Origin: Gammaproteobacteria bacterium
GTDB taxonomy: Bacteria; Pseudomonadota; Gammaproteobacteria; SZUA-229
DNA: 64,000 nt
Assembly (NCBI GenBank): GCA_029882215.1
Contig: JAOULC010000015.1
Coordinates: forward strand, 1,399 to 65,398
Direction of reading: 5' to 3'
The translations under genes and the position numbers were made by a program. The notes beneath the pieces were generated by a model. It saw nothing but the letters and a program-made list of their open reading frames with translations, searched no databases and was not told where the DNA came from. Below, in pieces: positions 47,520-55,751 of the stretch (its first letter is position 1; every line of letters begins with the position of its first letter).

Positions 47520-47986
47520 TTGTGTCTTTCCTTATCTTTAATTCCGCTAAAAACTGAGCCTTAAGATTACTAAAAGCAAGTTCTCGGAGCATAACACATA
47601 ATATTAGCTTCTTCTAATACTCCATAACTGCTTATTTTATCTGAGTACAGAACAGGATTTAATGAATCACTGATCCTATCAACGCTGGTATAAAATAATT
47701 GGCTTAGTAATTAGTCAAGCTGAAAAACTCATGCCATTGAACGGCCATAACAAGCGGACCTCAATGCCCACTGTCAGGCTTTTTTTTAAGCTCGCTAATG
47801 ACAACATCTATAACTGTAAAACCGGAAATGACTCCTGCCAAAGGCCAGCTTTATACAAATAATCAGAACACAAAAGAGGCTGACAGTGATGCACTGGCGA
47901 CTCGATTTCAGCGCTAAGAACTTAGTGTCCAGCAAATCCAAATACGTTATATTAGCCACTTACAAACCGACATCTGCCCTGTACCT

Positions 47987-48003
47987 TATTGAGAATCTTT
48001 ACA
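47987..48003. promoter_or_regulatory. Weak Fur-box-like sequence overlapping the feoB 5' end
   Basis: Within this segment, attgagaatctttac matches 11 of 15 positions of the core aatgataatcattat. It sits immediately before the ATG at 48007. Confidence 0.25.
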
Positions 48004-48006
48004 GTT

Positions 48007-50064
48007 ATGACACAGCCAGCCGGCCAAGCTTTTGAACTGCCCGTCACAACACCGGTATTTCGTGGCCCCAAACATTTACGCATTGCACTGGTCGGTATGC
48101 CCAACAGCGGTAAAAGTACTCTTTTTAATGCCGTCTCCGCTACATCAGTTTCGACCGGGGAACTCACCGGCAGCCATCAGACCTATAACGAATGCGCGGT
48201 ACAAATTGGTTTCGACGAAGCTCGGGTGGTGTCACTACCGGGCATACAATCTCTGACGAATCTGCCGCATGAAGATCTGGTGACCTTGCAGTATTTATTA
48301 TGGGGCGACCTGATACCACCTGTGCTGGCACATGAACAGACATCACCGCCGGCACCTTTTGCACCACCCGACGTTATTATTCAGGTTGTCGATGCAACAG
48401 CCCTCGACCGGCACCTTGAGCTGACGATTGAACTCAGCCAGCTCGGCAAGCCAATGGTACTGGCTTTAAACATGATGGATGAAGCGCGTAAAAAAGGCAC
48501 GCATATCAACAGTAAAACACTCAGTGAAAAACTCGGCATACCGGTCGTGCCAACGATTGCCCTGCGTGGCCATGGTATTTCAGAACTGTTCACCGCTGCC
48601 GCCTGCGCAGTGCGCGAAGGTGAATACCCTCACCCGCAACCACCGAGTGACTATATTGTGAAGGCCTTACAGCCGTTAAAAAGAGCCTTACACCAGCCCG
48701 AACTACAAAAAGCTTTCTGCGTACCTTACTCATTCCTGCTGATGCAGGTGGCAGCCAATGACCATTATTTCCTCGACGAATTAAAGCAACACTTTCCCCA
48801 ACAATTGCCAGCCTTACTTGAACTGCGCACGGCCAGTGAACAGTCTCTGCCACGATCACTGGGAGAAGAGCTACACGCCGATCGCCATCATCGCTGTGCC
48901 ACATTATTTGAAGCCGTAAGCCGTTTAGGGCCATCGCAAAATGTTCGCGGCTGGCGCTACTGGCTGGATGAGTTATTTTTACACCCGCAATGGGGACTGC
49001 TCGGCAGTCTTGCCGTGTTTGCGCTGGTGCTGTTTGTGGTGTTTGAAGGCAGCGTCTTTCTCGACAGCATCACCGCTGCCAAACTCATCGAACTGTCTGC
49101 TAACTGGCAGCCCCAGTCCACCACAGGCGTGATTGCCCGCGCGGTCAGTGACGGCCTTATTGGCCTGACTGGTATCGTCGTACCCTATATGATCCCGCTG
49201 GTGCTGTTACTGGTCTGGCTGGAGAAAGCCGGTGTCATGCAGCGCATTGCCTTTGTCGTCGACCGTGGCTTCCACCGAATCGGTTTACATGGTGGTGCAG
49301 CACTGCCTTTTCTGCTCGGGCTGGGTTGCAATGTACCCGCCATATCCGGTGCGGCGGCTGTTGCCACTGGCCGCGACCGGGTTGTCGCCTCCTTGCTGAT
49401 TACCTTCGTGCCGTGCTCGGCACGTTCTGCCATCATTCTCGCTATTGGTGCCAAATACCTCGGCGGACTCGGCGTCTTTGCCATCTTTATGCTGTCTATT
49501 ATCGTGATCGCCGTACTCGGCCGTGTACTGACACGGCGCTACCCTGAAACCGGCCCCGGCCAGCTGATTGAAATCCCGCAATACGCCTTACCCGATATCA
49601 AAACCCTGATCAGCCAGACCTGGATGCGCACCAGCGATATCCTCACCATCGTCACCCCGTTACTGGTCGGTGGCAGCGTAGTACTCGCCCTGCTCAGCCA
49701 TATCGGTGCTGATGATTTCATCAACACCCTGTTCACACCCGTCACCAGCTGGTGGCTGGGGTTGCCGGTTGTACTGGGCGTGCCGGTTTTATTTGGGGTA
49801 CTGCGCAAAGAGCTGTCACTGTTAATGATTTATCAGGCACTGGGTACTTTTGAAATTGGCAATCATCTCGACAATATACAGATCATGACCTTCCTGATTT
49901 TCCTGACATTTTATGTGCCCTGTATTTCAACCTTTGCGGTTATGATCAAAACCATCGGTCGCAGAGAAGCGTTTTTCTCTATTGCATTGTCGGTTACAGC
50001 AGCATTGCTGATCAGCGGAGTGGTCAGATGGACACTGGAAGTTTTCAGCTGGATTCAGATTTAG
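48007..50064 (+). CDS. feoB: Ferrous iron transporter FeoB
   Basis: The ORF is open from a TTG at 47989; the first ATG is at 48007. The G-domain has G1 'GMPNSGKST', and a polytopic gate/permease domain follows. No feoA ORF of at least 60 aa lies upstream. Confidence 0.85.
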   Translation: MTQPAGQAFELPVTTPVFRGPKHLRIALVGMPNSGKSTLFNAVSATSVSTGELTGSHQTYNECAVQIGFDEARVVSLPGIQSLTNLPHEDLVTLQYLLWGDLIPPVLAHEQTSPPAPFAPPDVIIQVVDATALDRHLELTIELSQLGKPMVLALNMMDEARKKGTHINSKTLSEKLGIPVVPTIALRGHGISELFTAAACAVREGEYPHPQPPSDYIVKALQPLKRALHQPELQKAFCVPYSFLLMQVAANDHYFLDELKQHFPQQLPALLELRTASEQSLPRSLGEELHADRHHRCATLFEAVSRLGPSQNVRGWRYWLDELFLHPQWGLLGSLAVFALVLFVVFEGSVFLDSITAAKLIELSANWQPQSTTGVIARAVSDGLIGLTGIVVPYMIPLVLLLVWLEKAGVMQRIAFVVDRGFHRIGLHGGAALPFLLGLGCNVPAISGAAAVATGRDRVVASLLITFVPCSARSAIILAIGAKYLGGLGVFAIFMLSIIVIAVLGRVLTRRYPETGPGQLIEIPQYALPDIKTLISQTWMRTSDILTIVTPLLVGGSVVLALLSHIGADDFINTLFTPVTSWWLGLPVVLGVPVLFGVLRKELSLLMIYQALGTFEIGNHLDNIQIMTFLIFLTFYVPCISTFAVMIKTIGRREAFFSIALSVTAALLISGVVRWTLEVFSWIQI

Positions 50065-50183
50065 CCGCAAGCTTTAGCTTTTTCTCATCATTACCGGATG
50101 CTTTGCAAGCAGAAATTCAGCGCCAGATTTTTTGTTTACTACGCTATGAACATAGTTAGATTCAATCCTGCAGCACAGCTGAT

Positions 50184-50213
50184 ACTAAACATAAAAAAGC
50201 CGGATTAAAAAAG
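50184..50213. terminator. Bidirectional rho-independent terminator between feoB and the Sel1 gene
   Basis: aaaaagccgg (50184-50193) and ccggcttttt (50204-50213) are perfectly complementary 10-nt arms. They are flanked by A and T runs. Confidence 0.8.
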
Positions 50214-50252
50214 CCGGCTTTTTTATGTTTACAGCATCATTTTCAGTTTATA

Positions 50253-51116
50253 TCAGTTACATTGAGTTCTGAAGCGCGCTGCAGGTCCTGAACATAAATC
50301 TGATTCAAAACGTTCGTCTGTTTCTTTATCTGTTTCTTTATTCGTAGCGGCAGCTTTTTCAGCCTCAGCCTTCTGCTCCTCCAATGCCCTGCGCTGCCTC
50401 TCAAGCTTTTGTTTTTCTAGTGCCAGTTTTTTACGCTCATCATCCAGTCGCTTACGTTCTGCCTGAGCCTTACGCTCTCTCGCCTTTTTTTCTTTCTCCT
50501 GCAGACGACTTTTTTCAAGCCGCTTTCTATTTTCCTCTTCGTTTTGTTTATTTGCTTGAGAGGCTGCTTCTTTCTCACGCAACTCATCCGCTTGCTGTTT
50601 TTTCTGTTCAAGCTTATTTTTATTTATACGTGACTCCAGCGCAAAAAGCCTGGCCTCAGCATCAAGATTACCTGTTGCTTTTGCTTGCATATAATATTTA
50701 CGAGCCTGTACTAAATCCTTTTTGAAACCGGTACCGGTTTCATGTAATTCAGCCAGTAAATACAGCACCGCACCATCCGCCTTACCGGCATCTTTTTTAA
50801 GGCTGGTTAACCATTTACGGTCTTTATCAGCAAACCCACGTTTCTTTATTCCCAGATAAACCAATCTGTGTTTTGAAGCGATATAACCTTTTGCCGAAGA
50901 TTTCTCATACCAAAGTGTTGCTTTTGCAGCATCTCTGGCTACACCACGACCGATTTCATACATCAAGCCAAGTTTATATTGCGCATTTAGATTACCCTTT
51001 TCAGCCATTTTCTGCTGGAACTCAAATATTTTCGTATTTATGTCCGCTCGTGCAGTAGTGATGACACTAAAGCCAAGCAAAGCAGTAATGCAAATTTTAA
51101 AAATATTTTCCAACAT
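50253..51116 (-). CDS. Secreted Sel1/TPR-like repeat protein with long Lys/Glu/Arg-rich coiled-coil tail
   Basis: 287 aa with signal peptide 'ICITALLGFSVITTARA'. Sel1 repeats are present ('GNLNAQYKLGLMYEIGRGVARDAAKATLWYEKSSAKG'). The charged helical region spans about 100 aa. The C-terminus has two Cys ('LCSGPAARFRTQCN'). Confidence 0.75.
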   Translation of the reverse strand: MLENIFKICITALLGFSVITTARADINTKIFEFQQKMAEKGNLNAQYKLGLMYEIGRGVARDAAKATLWYEKSSAKGYIASKHRLVYLGIKKRGFADKDRKWLTSLKKDAGKADGAVLYLLAELHETGTGFKKDLVQARKYYMQAKATGNLDAEARLFALESRINKNKLEQKKQQADELREKEAASQANKQNEEENRKRLEKSRLQEKEKKARERKAQAERKRLDDERKKLALEKQKLERQRRALEEQKAEAEKAAATNKETDKETDERFESDLCSGPAARFRTQCN

Positions 51117-51149
51117 GGTATTTCCCTACATGACAGTTCGGTTAATTCT

Positions 51150-52265
51150 TTAGAAAATGAAGTCCATCGCCAACGTTGCTACGCCATATGAATCAACACT
51201 ACCCGGTGTTGCAGTGTTAGCATCAATAACACCATAACCATCGCCTTTACTGTCAGTAAGCTCAATCATCTGATATTCAAACTTTAGTGCAATACTATTC
51301 TCAATGTTATAACGCAAACCATAAGTTACCGAGTCCTGCGTTTTAGGAGCTGCGGGCTGCGGAATACCAGCAGGCAATGCACCCAGATATACATCACCTT
51401 CCGCTGAAGCAAAGGTAATATGCGGTAAAAATTTACCCATTTTATATCCCAGAGTTACATACGCACCTTTCTGATTTGGGAAAATCGCCTGTGTTTGGTC
51501 CTCGGTATCCGTCATTACCGCTTCACTATAAAGCACAAATGTTTTTGTATTTACACGGATACCGGCCGTGTACATATAACCACGGTCATCCAGATCAACG
51601 GCATCGACAGGAACAGCTCCACTGTGGTCTTCAAGTTGAATAGTCGGACTCATAGCACCTAAGCGGACACTAACATTTGGTACATCAAGCTGAAAATTAA
51701 GCCCCAGACCTTCCGTTGCTCTGAATACCAGATCATTCTTTTCAACCTGCGCAGACCCTATGGAAACCTGTGTCGTAAATTTACCCGATTTACCAAAACG
51801 AGTAATGTGTAACCATTCCGCACCCAGGAAATTTTGCAGTGGATTGTTTTCATACACTTCTACTGGTGTACGGATCCACGGATATAAATAGCCGACATTG
51901 ATATAATCGGAAATTAAGAAGGTAGTCATGTTTAGCTTACCCACTCTAAAGCTGGATGACTCGGATAACTTATAACTCAGATACGCCCACTCAGCTTCAA
52001 TATCAAAAGTACTGTCATTTGACGATGCCAGTAACTGGGCGGCACCACTTACTTTGTCATTAATTTTCTTACGAATATTAAAACCGTAAACCGAATCATT
52101 TTCTAAACTAAGGTGCTCAGTCACTTTATCAAGATAACGACCTTCTTCACTCATCATTGACGCTGCAACCGTAAGAAAACTATTTATCTCCAGGTTATTA
52201 TCGGCCGCAAAAGCAGGTAAAGAGCCCGTAAGTAAGACACAGGCAAAAATATTTTTAAAGTTCAT
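51150..52265 (-). CDS. Porin-like outer-membrane beta-barrel protein
   Basis: 371 aa with signal peptide 'MNFKNIFACVLLTGSLPAFA'. It has an alternating strand pattern and a C-terminal '...ATLAMDFIF'. It lies 33 nt upstream of the Sel1 gene on the same strand. Confidence 0.7.
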   Translation of the reverse strand: MNFKNIFACVLLTGSLPAFAADNNLEINSFLTVAASMMSEEGRYLDKVTEHLSLENDSVYGFNIRKKINDKVSGAAQLLASSNDSTFDIEAEWAYLSYKLSESSSFRVGKLNMTTFLISDYINVGYLYPWIRTPVEVYENNPLQNFLGAEWLHITRFGKSGKFTTQVSIGSAQVEKNDLVFRATEGLGLNFQLDVPNVSVRLGAMSPTIQLEDHSGAVPVDAVDLDDRGYMYTAGIRVNTKTFVLYSEAVMTDTEDQTQAIFPNQKGAYVTLGYKMGKFLPHITFASAEGDVYLGALPAGIPQPAAPKTQDSVTYGLRYNIENSIALKFEYQMIELTDSKGDGYGVIDANTATPGSVDSYGVATLAMDFIF

Positions 52266-52464
52266 AATTGGTCCTTGTGTATCTGTAAAGTAAACCAGAT
52301 CATCTATTAGGGTAAGTACTTATATAGTCATATTATGAAATAATAATACACTTGCCATAAAAGCGCCATAATTACATTGTAATCGCTCAATTCGATATTC
52401 GAAGGGCTAAATAGCTTGTTTTAACAACAGCAGACGATTGTAAAAAGTACGCAACTACAATCTA

Positions 52465-52506
52465 CCGCTAGTCACATCAGTGGGCGAAGTACTTTTTTCT
52501 GTAGCT
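52465..52506. repeat. Copy of a short intergenic repeat (related to 55046-55087)
   Basis: ccgctagtcacatcagtgggcgaagtacttttttctgtagct versus ccggtagtcacaccggcgggtgaggcactttttcctacagct gives 32 of 42 identical by hand alignment. Some differences preserve small hairpins. Confidence 0.55.
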
Positions 52507-52746
52507 AAACTGTAGGCATTAAAAGTGACTTGCTGTTGCCCTAAGACCGCCGTCTTTGATATTAAGACTTAAAGATGCAGGCTTTCATTCCTCAACCGAC
52601 AGACTCAAGCAACTACACCCAAGCATTAGTTCCAATTAATAAAATATATCATAACGATTAAAAAAATTTGCTTTACAGCACATCGATTCTGATAAATATT
52701 ACGCAAAAAATACACTACTAATAACAACTGTCTGTGAGAAATACCC

Positions 52747-52977
52747 ATGGCTAGAAAAGCAAATGATGAAGACGATTTCGACGAAATCGATAGCGATGAT
52801 GCTTATGATGATTTCGATGATAGCACGAGCAAAAAACACTCCGCTAAAAGAAACCACGCAGCCCGCCACCGGCTTGAGATGCTAAGGGAAGAGAAAGAAA
52901 TGCAAAAGCTGCTGAGAGATGAATTTTATGACTATGAGGACTATAGTCAGCAAGACCAATACAACGACTGGCGTTAA
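52747..52977 (+). CDS. Small highly acidic protein (possibly PA3496-like family)
   Basis: 76 aa. An N-terminal Asp/Glu/Phe-rich segment is followed by the basic helix 'RHRLEMLREEKEMQKLLRDEF'. The family call is recollection only. Confidence 0.5.
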   Translation: MARKANDEDDFDEIDSDDAYDDFDDSTSKKHSAKRNHAARHRLEMLREEKEMQKLLRDEFYDYEDYSQQDQYNDWR

Positions 52978-53381
52978 TAAGCGGCCACGATCCGTTCTCA
53001 ATAGTATGAACAGATCTGCTCAGGCAAAGGATTGCCCGGGTAAGCTACAGCTGATATGACATAGCTTTTAAAATCCTGAACCATATAACGATTCTCCCGC
53101 ATAAGCACTGGCTCAACGGCCAAACTCAATATACCGAACACCGGTCTTGCAGCTCATTGCGATCACTCCATTACCCGTAACCTTTACCCCGCCTATTCAA
53201 CCACCTTTTTTACTATAGAAAAAGCTGAAATAAGTCGCTAATCTATAAGCATTAATTGGCAATGATTTTCCTCGCAATTAACGCAAATAAAAAACACCGG
53301 GGTATATTGTGTATTACTTACAATCATGGAATAGCGCACTGCTGTACACTTTACCGGTGCAAAATATAAGGGAGTAGATGA

Positions 53382-54041
53382 ATGAAGAAACTGCTTGACC
53401 TCAGCCATACCATAGAAGATGGTCTTGTCACTTATAAAGGCTTACCGGCTCCAATTATTTGCGACTACCTAAGTCGGGAGGAGTCTAAAAAGCATTATGC
53501 CGAAGGCACATCCTTTCAAATTGGAAAAATAGAAATGTGTTCAAATACCGGCACCTATCTTGATACCCCGTTTCACCGTTATGAGGAAGGCAAAGATCTT
53601 TCTGAAATTGAACTGGAATCATTAGCCAGCCTTGATAGCATTAAGATTATTGTAAACGAAGATATCACGGCAATAGGCAAAGATCACTTTACTGACCAGC
53701 CAGTCGCCGGCAAGGCCGTGCTGCTGCAAACCAACTGGTCCAGGCACTGGAACACAGAGCAATACTATGAAGGCCACCCGTTTCTTACAGAAGAAGCCGC
53801 CGTATACCTGCGCGATAACGGTGTCGTATTAGTGGGTATTGATTCATACAATATTGATGATATCAGCACTAATAGCCGCCCCGTTCATTCAATACTGCTG
53901 GGGGCAGACATTCTTATCGTTGAGCATATGTGTAATCTTCACGAAATACCGGACAGTGATTTTAAATTTTATGCCGTGCCGGTTAAGGTGAAAGGTATGG
54001 GGACGTTTCCGGTTCGTGCGTTTGCAGAGTTTGAAATATAA
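53382..54041 (+). CDS. Putative-cyclase family protein (kynurenine formamidase-like fold) with a degenerate metal-binding motif
   Basis: 219 aa. The overall pattern is 'DLSHTI...', 'NTGTYLDTPFH', 'VGIDSYNIDD', 'ILIVEHMCNL'. The canonical HxGTHxDxPxH motif reads NTGTYLDTPFH. Confidence 0.7.
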   Translation: MKKLLDLSHTIEDGLVTYKGLPAPIICDYLSREESKKHYAEGTSFQIGKIEMCSNTGTYLDTPFHRYEEGKDLSEIELESLASLDSIKIIVNEDITAIGKDHFTDQPVAGKAVLLQTNWSRHWNTEQYYEGHPFLTEEAAVYLRDNGVVLVGIDSYNIDDISTNSRPVHSILLGADILIVEHMCNLHEIPDSDFKFYAVPVKVKGMGTFPVRAFAEFEI

Positions 54042-54091
54042 GTACCGATTTTGGAAAACAAGTAGGTATATAAAGTACAATACAACAAACT

Positions 54092-54120
54092 AAAACGGCA
54101 GCTAAATTAGCTGCCGTTTT
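54092..54120. terminator. Bidirectional rho-independent terminator between the cyclase-like and rhodanese genes
   Basis: aaaacggcagcta-aat-tagctgccgtttt has perfect 13-nt arms including A/T tracts. Confidence 0.85.
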
Positions 54121-54160
54121 AGAAACAGACTTATAATCTATAATTACCTACACTGTCAGA

Positions 54161-54805
54161 TCACTGATAATATAAATATTCATAAGGAGCATAAATTAAC
54201 TGAGGCAACAACTTAGTACTGACAGGTAACTCCTGATAGCCAGACCAGCCATCTCTATCACCGGCATCACCGTCAATACCGTTATTATTCAAATCCAGTA
54301 CATTTCCAACAGTATCCACTTTTGTATTACCAACAAATCCCTGCCAGATATTTCGGACATTTGTATAACCGGCATCAGCGAGTAAATTTGCTGCAAGAAC
54401 ACTTCTGTAGCCAGTACGACACAGCGTTAATATAGGTGTGTTTCTATCAGGATATGCCGCAATCACATCACTAACAAATTGCTCTGGCAGTTGTGGAATA
54501 TAAATATCCGGTTTATTAGGCCGGCTATGAATATGTGGGAATGGGATATTTGATGCTTTTGGCGGATGCCCTGCGCCATACTCTTCAACCGTACGAACAT
54601 CAATAATAATCGCATTATTAAACTCAGATTCCCCGACATTACCTTTATCATGATTTGTCAGAATATAAGCCTTTGCAGCACTTACCTCTGAATGATAATT
54701 TCGTGGAAGATCATACCGGTTGCCATCAGCATATACATAAGCCGATGTCGTTAAAGCCAACAACAGATATCCGCTCATTAAAATACTGTTTGTAAATTTC
54801 CTCAT
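54161..54805 (-). CDS. Periplasmic single-domain rhodanese (sulfurtransferase) with Asp/Gly-rich C-terminal tail
   Basis: The ORF is open to 54916, but the ATG at 54805 is preceded by AAGGAG and yields the signal peptide 'MRKFTNSILMSGYLLLALTTSAYVYA'. The active-site loop is 'CRTGYRS'. The tail is 'DLNNNGIDGDAGDRDGW'. Confidence 0.8.
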   Translation of the reverse strand: MRKFTNSILMSGYLLLALTTSAYVYADGNRYDLPRNYHSEVSAAKAYILTNHDKGNVGESEFNNAIIIDVRTVEEYGAGHPPKASNIPFPHIHSRPNKPDIYIPQLPEQFVSDVIAAYPDRNTPILTLCRTGYRSVLAANLLADAGYTNVRNIWQGFVGNTKVDTVGNVLDLNNNGIDGDAGDRDGWSGYQELPVSTKLLPQLIYAPYEYLYYQ

Positions 54806-55045
54806 AACAACTCCTTTATATTTTAATTCTAATTTACTAACACACCACCAACAGGTAGTGTCTGATGAAACATGCAATAACAACGCCATTACAAAAAATA
54901 ACTTAACTAACAACACTGTAAGAAAACTTAATGATTCCGTTAAATACTAATATGTAAAAAATCCAAACGTATTAGATTGATTATATTTTTTTAGTTTATT
55001 TATAGTTTGAGGCAAGGTGTAAATTCATAACTCTTCTAAGCATTG

Positions 55046-55095
55046 CCGGTAGTCACACCGGCGGGTGAGGCACTTTTTCCTACAGCTGAAAAAGT
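55046..55095. repeat. Intergenic repeat copy plus ACTTTTTC/GAAAAAGT hairpin
   Basis: It matches 52465-52506 at 32 of 42 positions. An 8-bp stem (55072-55079 / 55088-55095) is present. Confidence 0.55.
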
Positions 55096-55560
55096 ACCCA
55101 AAAAAGCCGCCCTAACACTATTTGCCCTGCGGGTACCCATGCATTGTAATGATAATCTCAAGCGGAGTTAATATTTGAATTATAATGACTTCGCTAACGG
55201 GTCGTTTTGATTCGCATCCCTGCTCAGCAAAACTAAATACGCCGTCCTTGGCGTATTTACCCTTTGTAGAAACAATGCACGGCAAACACTGAGACGGGAA
55301 GGTAAGTCAAAACCGGTAAAGAGCGAAGTTTAATAGACTCTAGACTTTGGATTTTTGATTTTGGATTTTTTCTTTTGCCCCACCCCTCCCATTTAAGCAA
55401 GCCGAGGAAGGAGTAATATTTACGGGGACTTCTGCGAGGATGTTTGAGAAAATGCGCCTTTTGCATTTGCGAGTTCCGCAGCAGCCGGAAATATTGCGAC
55501 TGACGAGGGAATCCTCATGCTTTTTATGAGGGCTTGTTTAACGGGGCGGCTTTCTTTTGG

Positions 55561-55592
55561 TTACTTTTCTGTTGCTGCAGACAGAAAAGTAA
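55561..55592. repeat. Perfect 12-bp-stem hairpin of the same 'ACTTTTC...GAAAAGT' type
   Basis: ttacttttctgt-tgctgcag-acagaaaagtaa, read directly. It is followed by ttgattttgatttttt. Confidence 0.6.
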
Positions 55593-55751
55593 CTCGCTGT
55601 CGGTCGACTACCGACGCCTTTGATTTTGATTTTTTAAAGCTGTTAGATTTCATTCTTCAACCCAACCTACGACTAACTTAATTGTTAATGAAAACCAGGA
55701 TTAATCTATTAAAACAATTTCCTTCTAACTTAGATAAACTCTGACATTAAT

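Noticed and set aside
47765-47890. Inverted 11-mers cactgtcaggc / ggctgacagtg about 100 nt apart, and a T8 run, upstream of feoB
   Set aside because: The match is 10 of 11 with a long spacer and there is no convincing local stem before the T run. This is insufficient to call an sRNA or MITE.
54806-54916. N-terminal 37-codon extension of the rhodanese ORF
   Set aside because: The internal ATG at 54805 has an AAGGAG SD and yields a canonical signal peptide. The extension has odd composition (WWC, many Leu).
55347-55372. Short tandem gatttt/ggattttt repeats, considered as a possible CRISPR or other array
   Set aside because: The units are 6-8 nt with no spacers, so this is a microsatellite. 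No CRISPR-like repeat-spacer structure or cas gene exists anywhere in the window.
55257-55466. 69-aa minus-strand ORF within the repeat nest; also the 63-83-aa ORFs at 21320-21788
   Set aside because: They overlap repeat or hairpin sequence or AT-rich low-complexity DNA. They lack SD sequences and have implausible composition.
55500-55507. CTGACGAG, resembling the hammerhead ribozyme CUGANGA core
   Set aside because: There is no properly placed GAAA box, no helix II directly abutting the core, and no cleavage-site triplet in a compatible three-helix arrangement.
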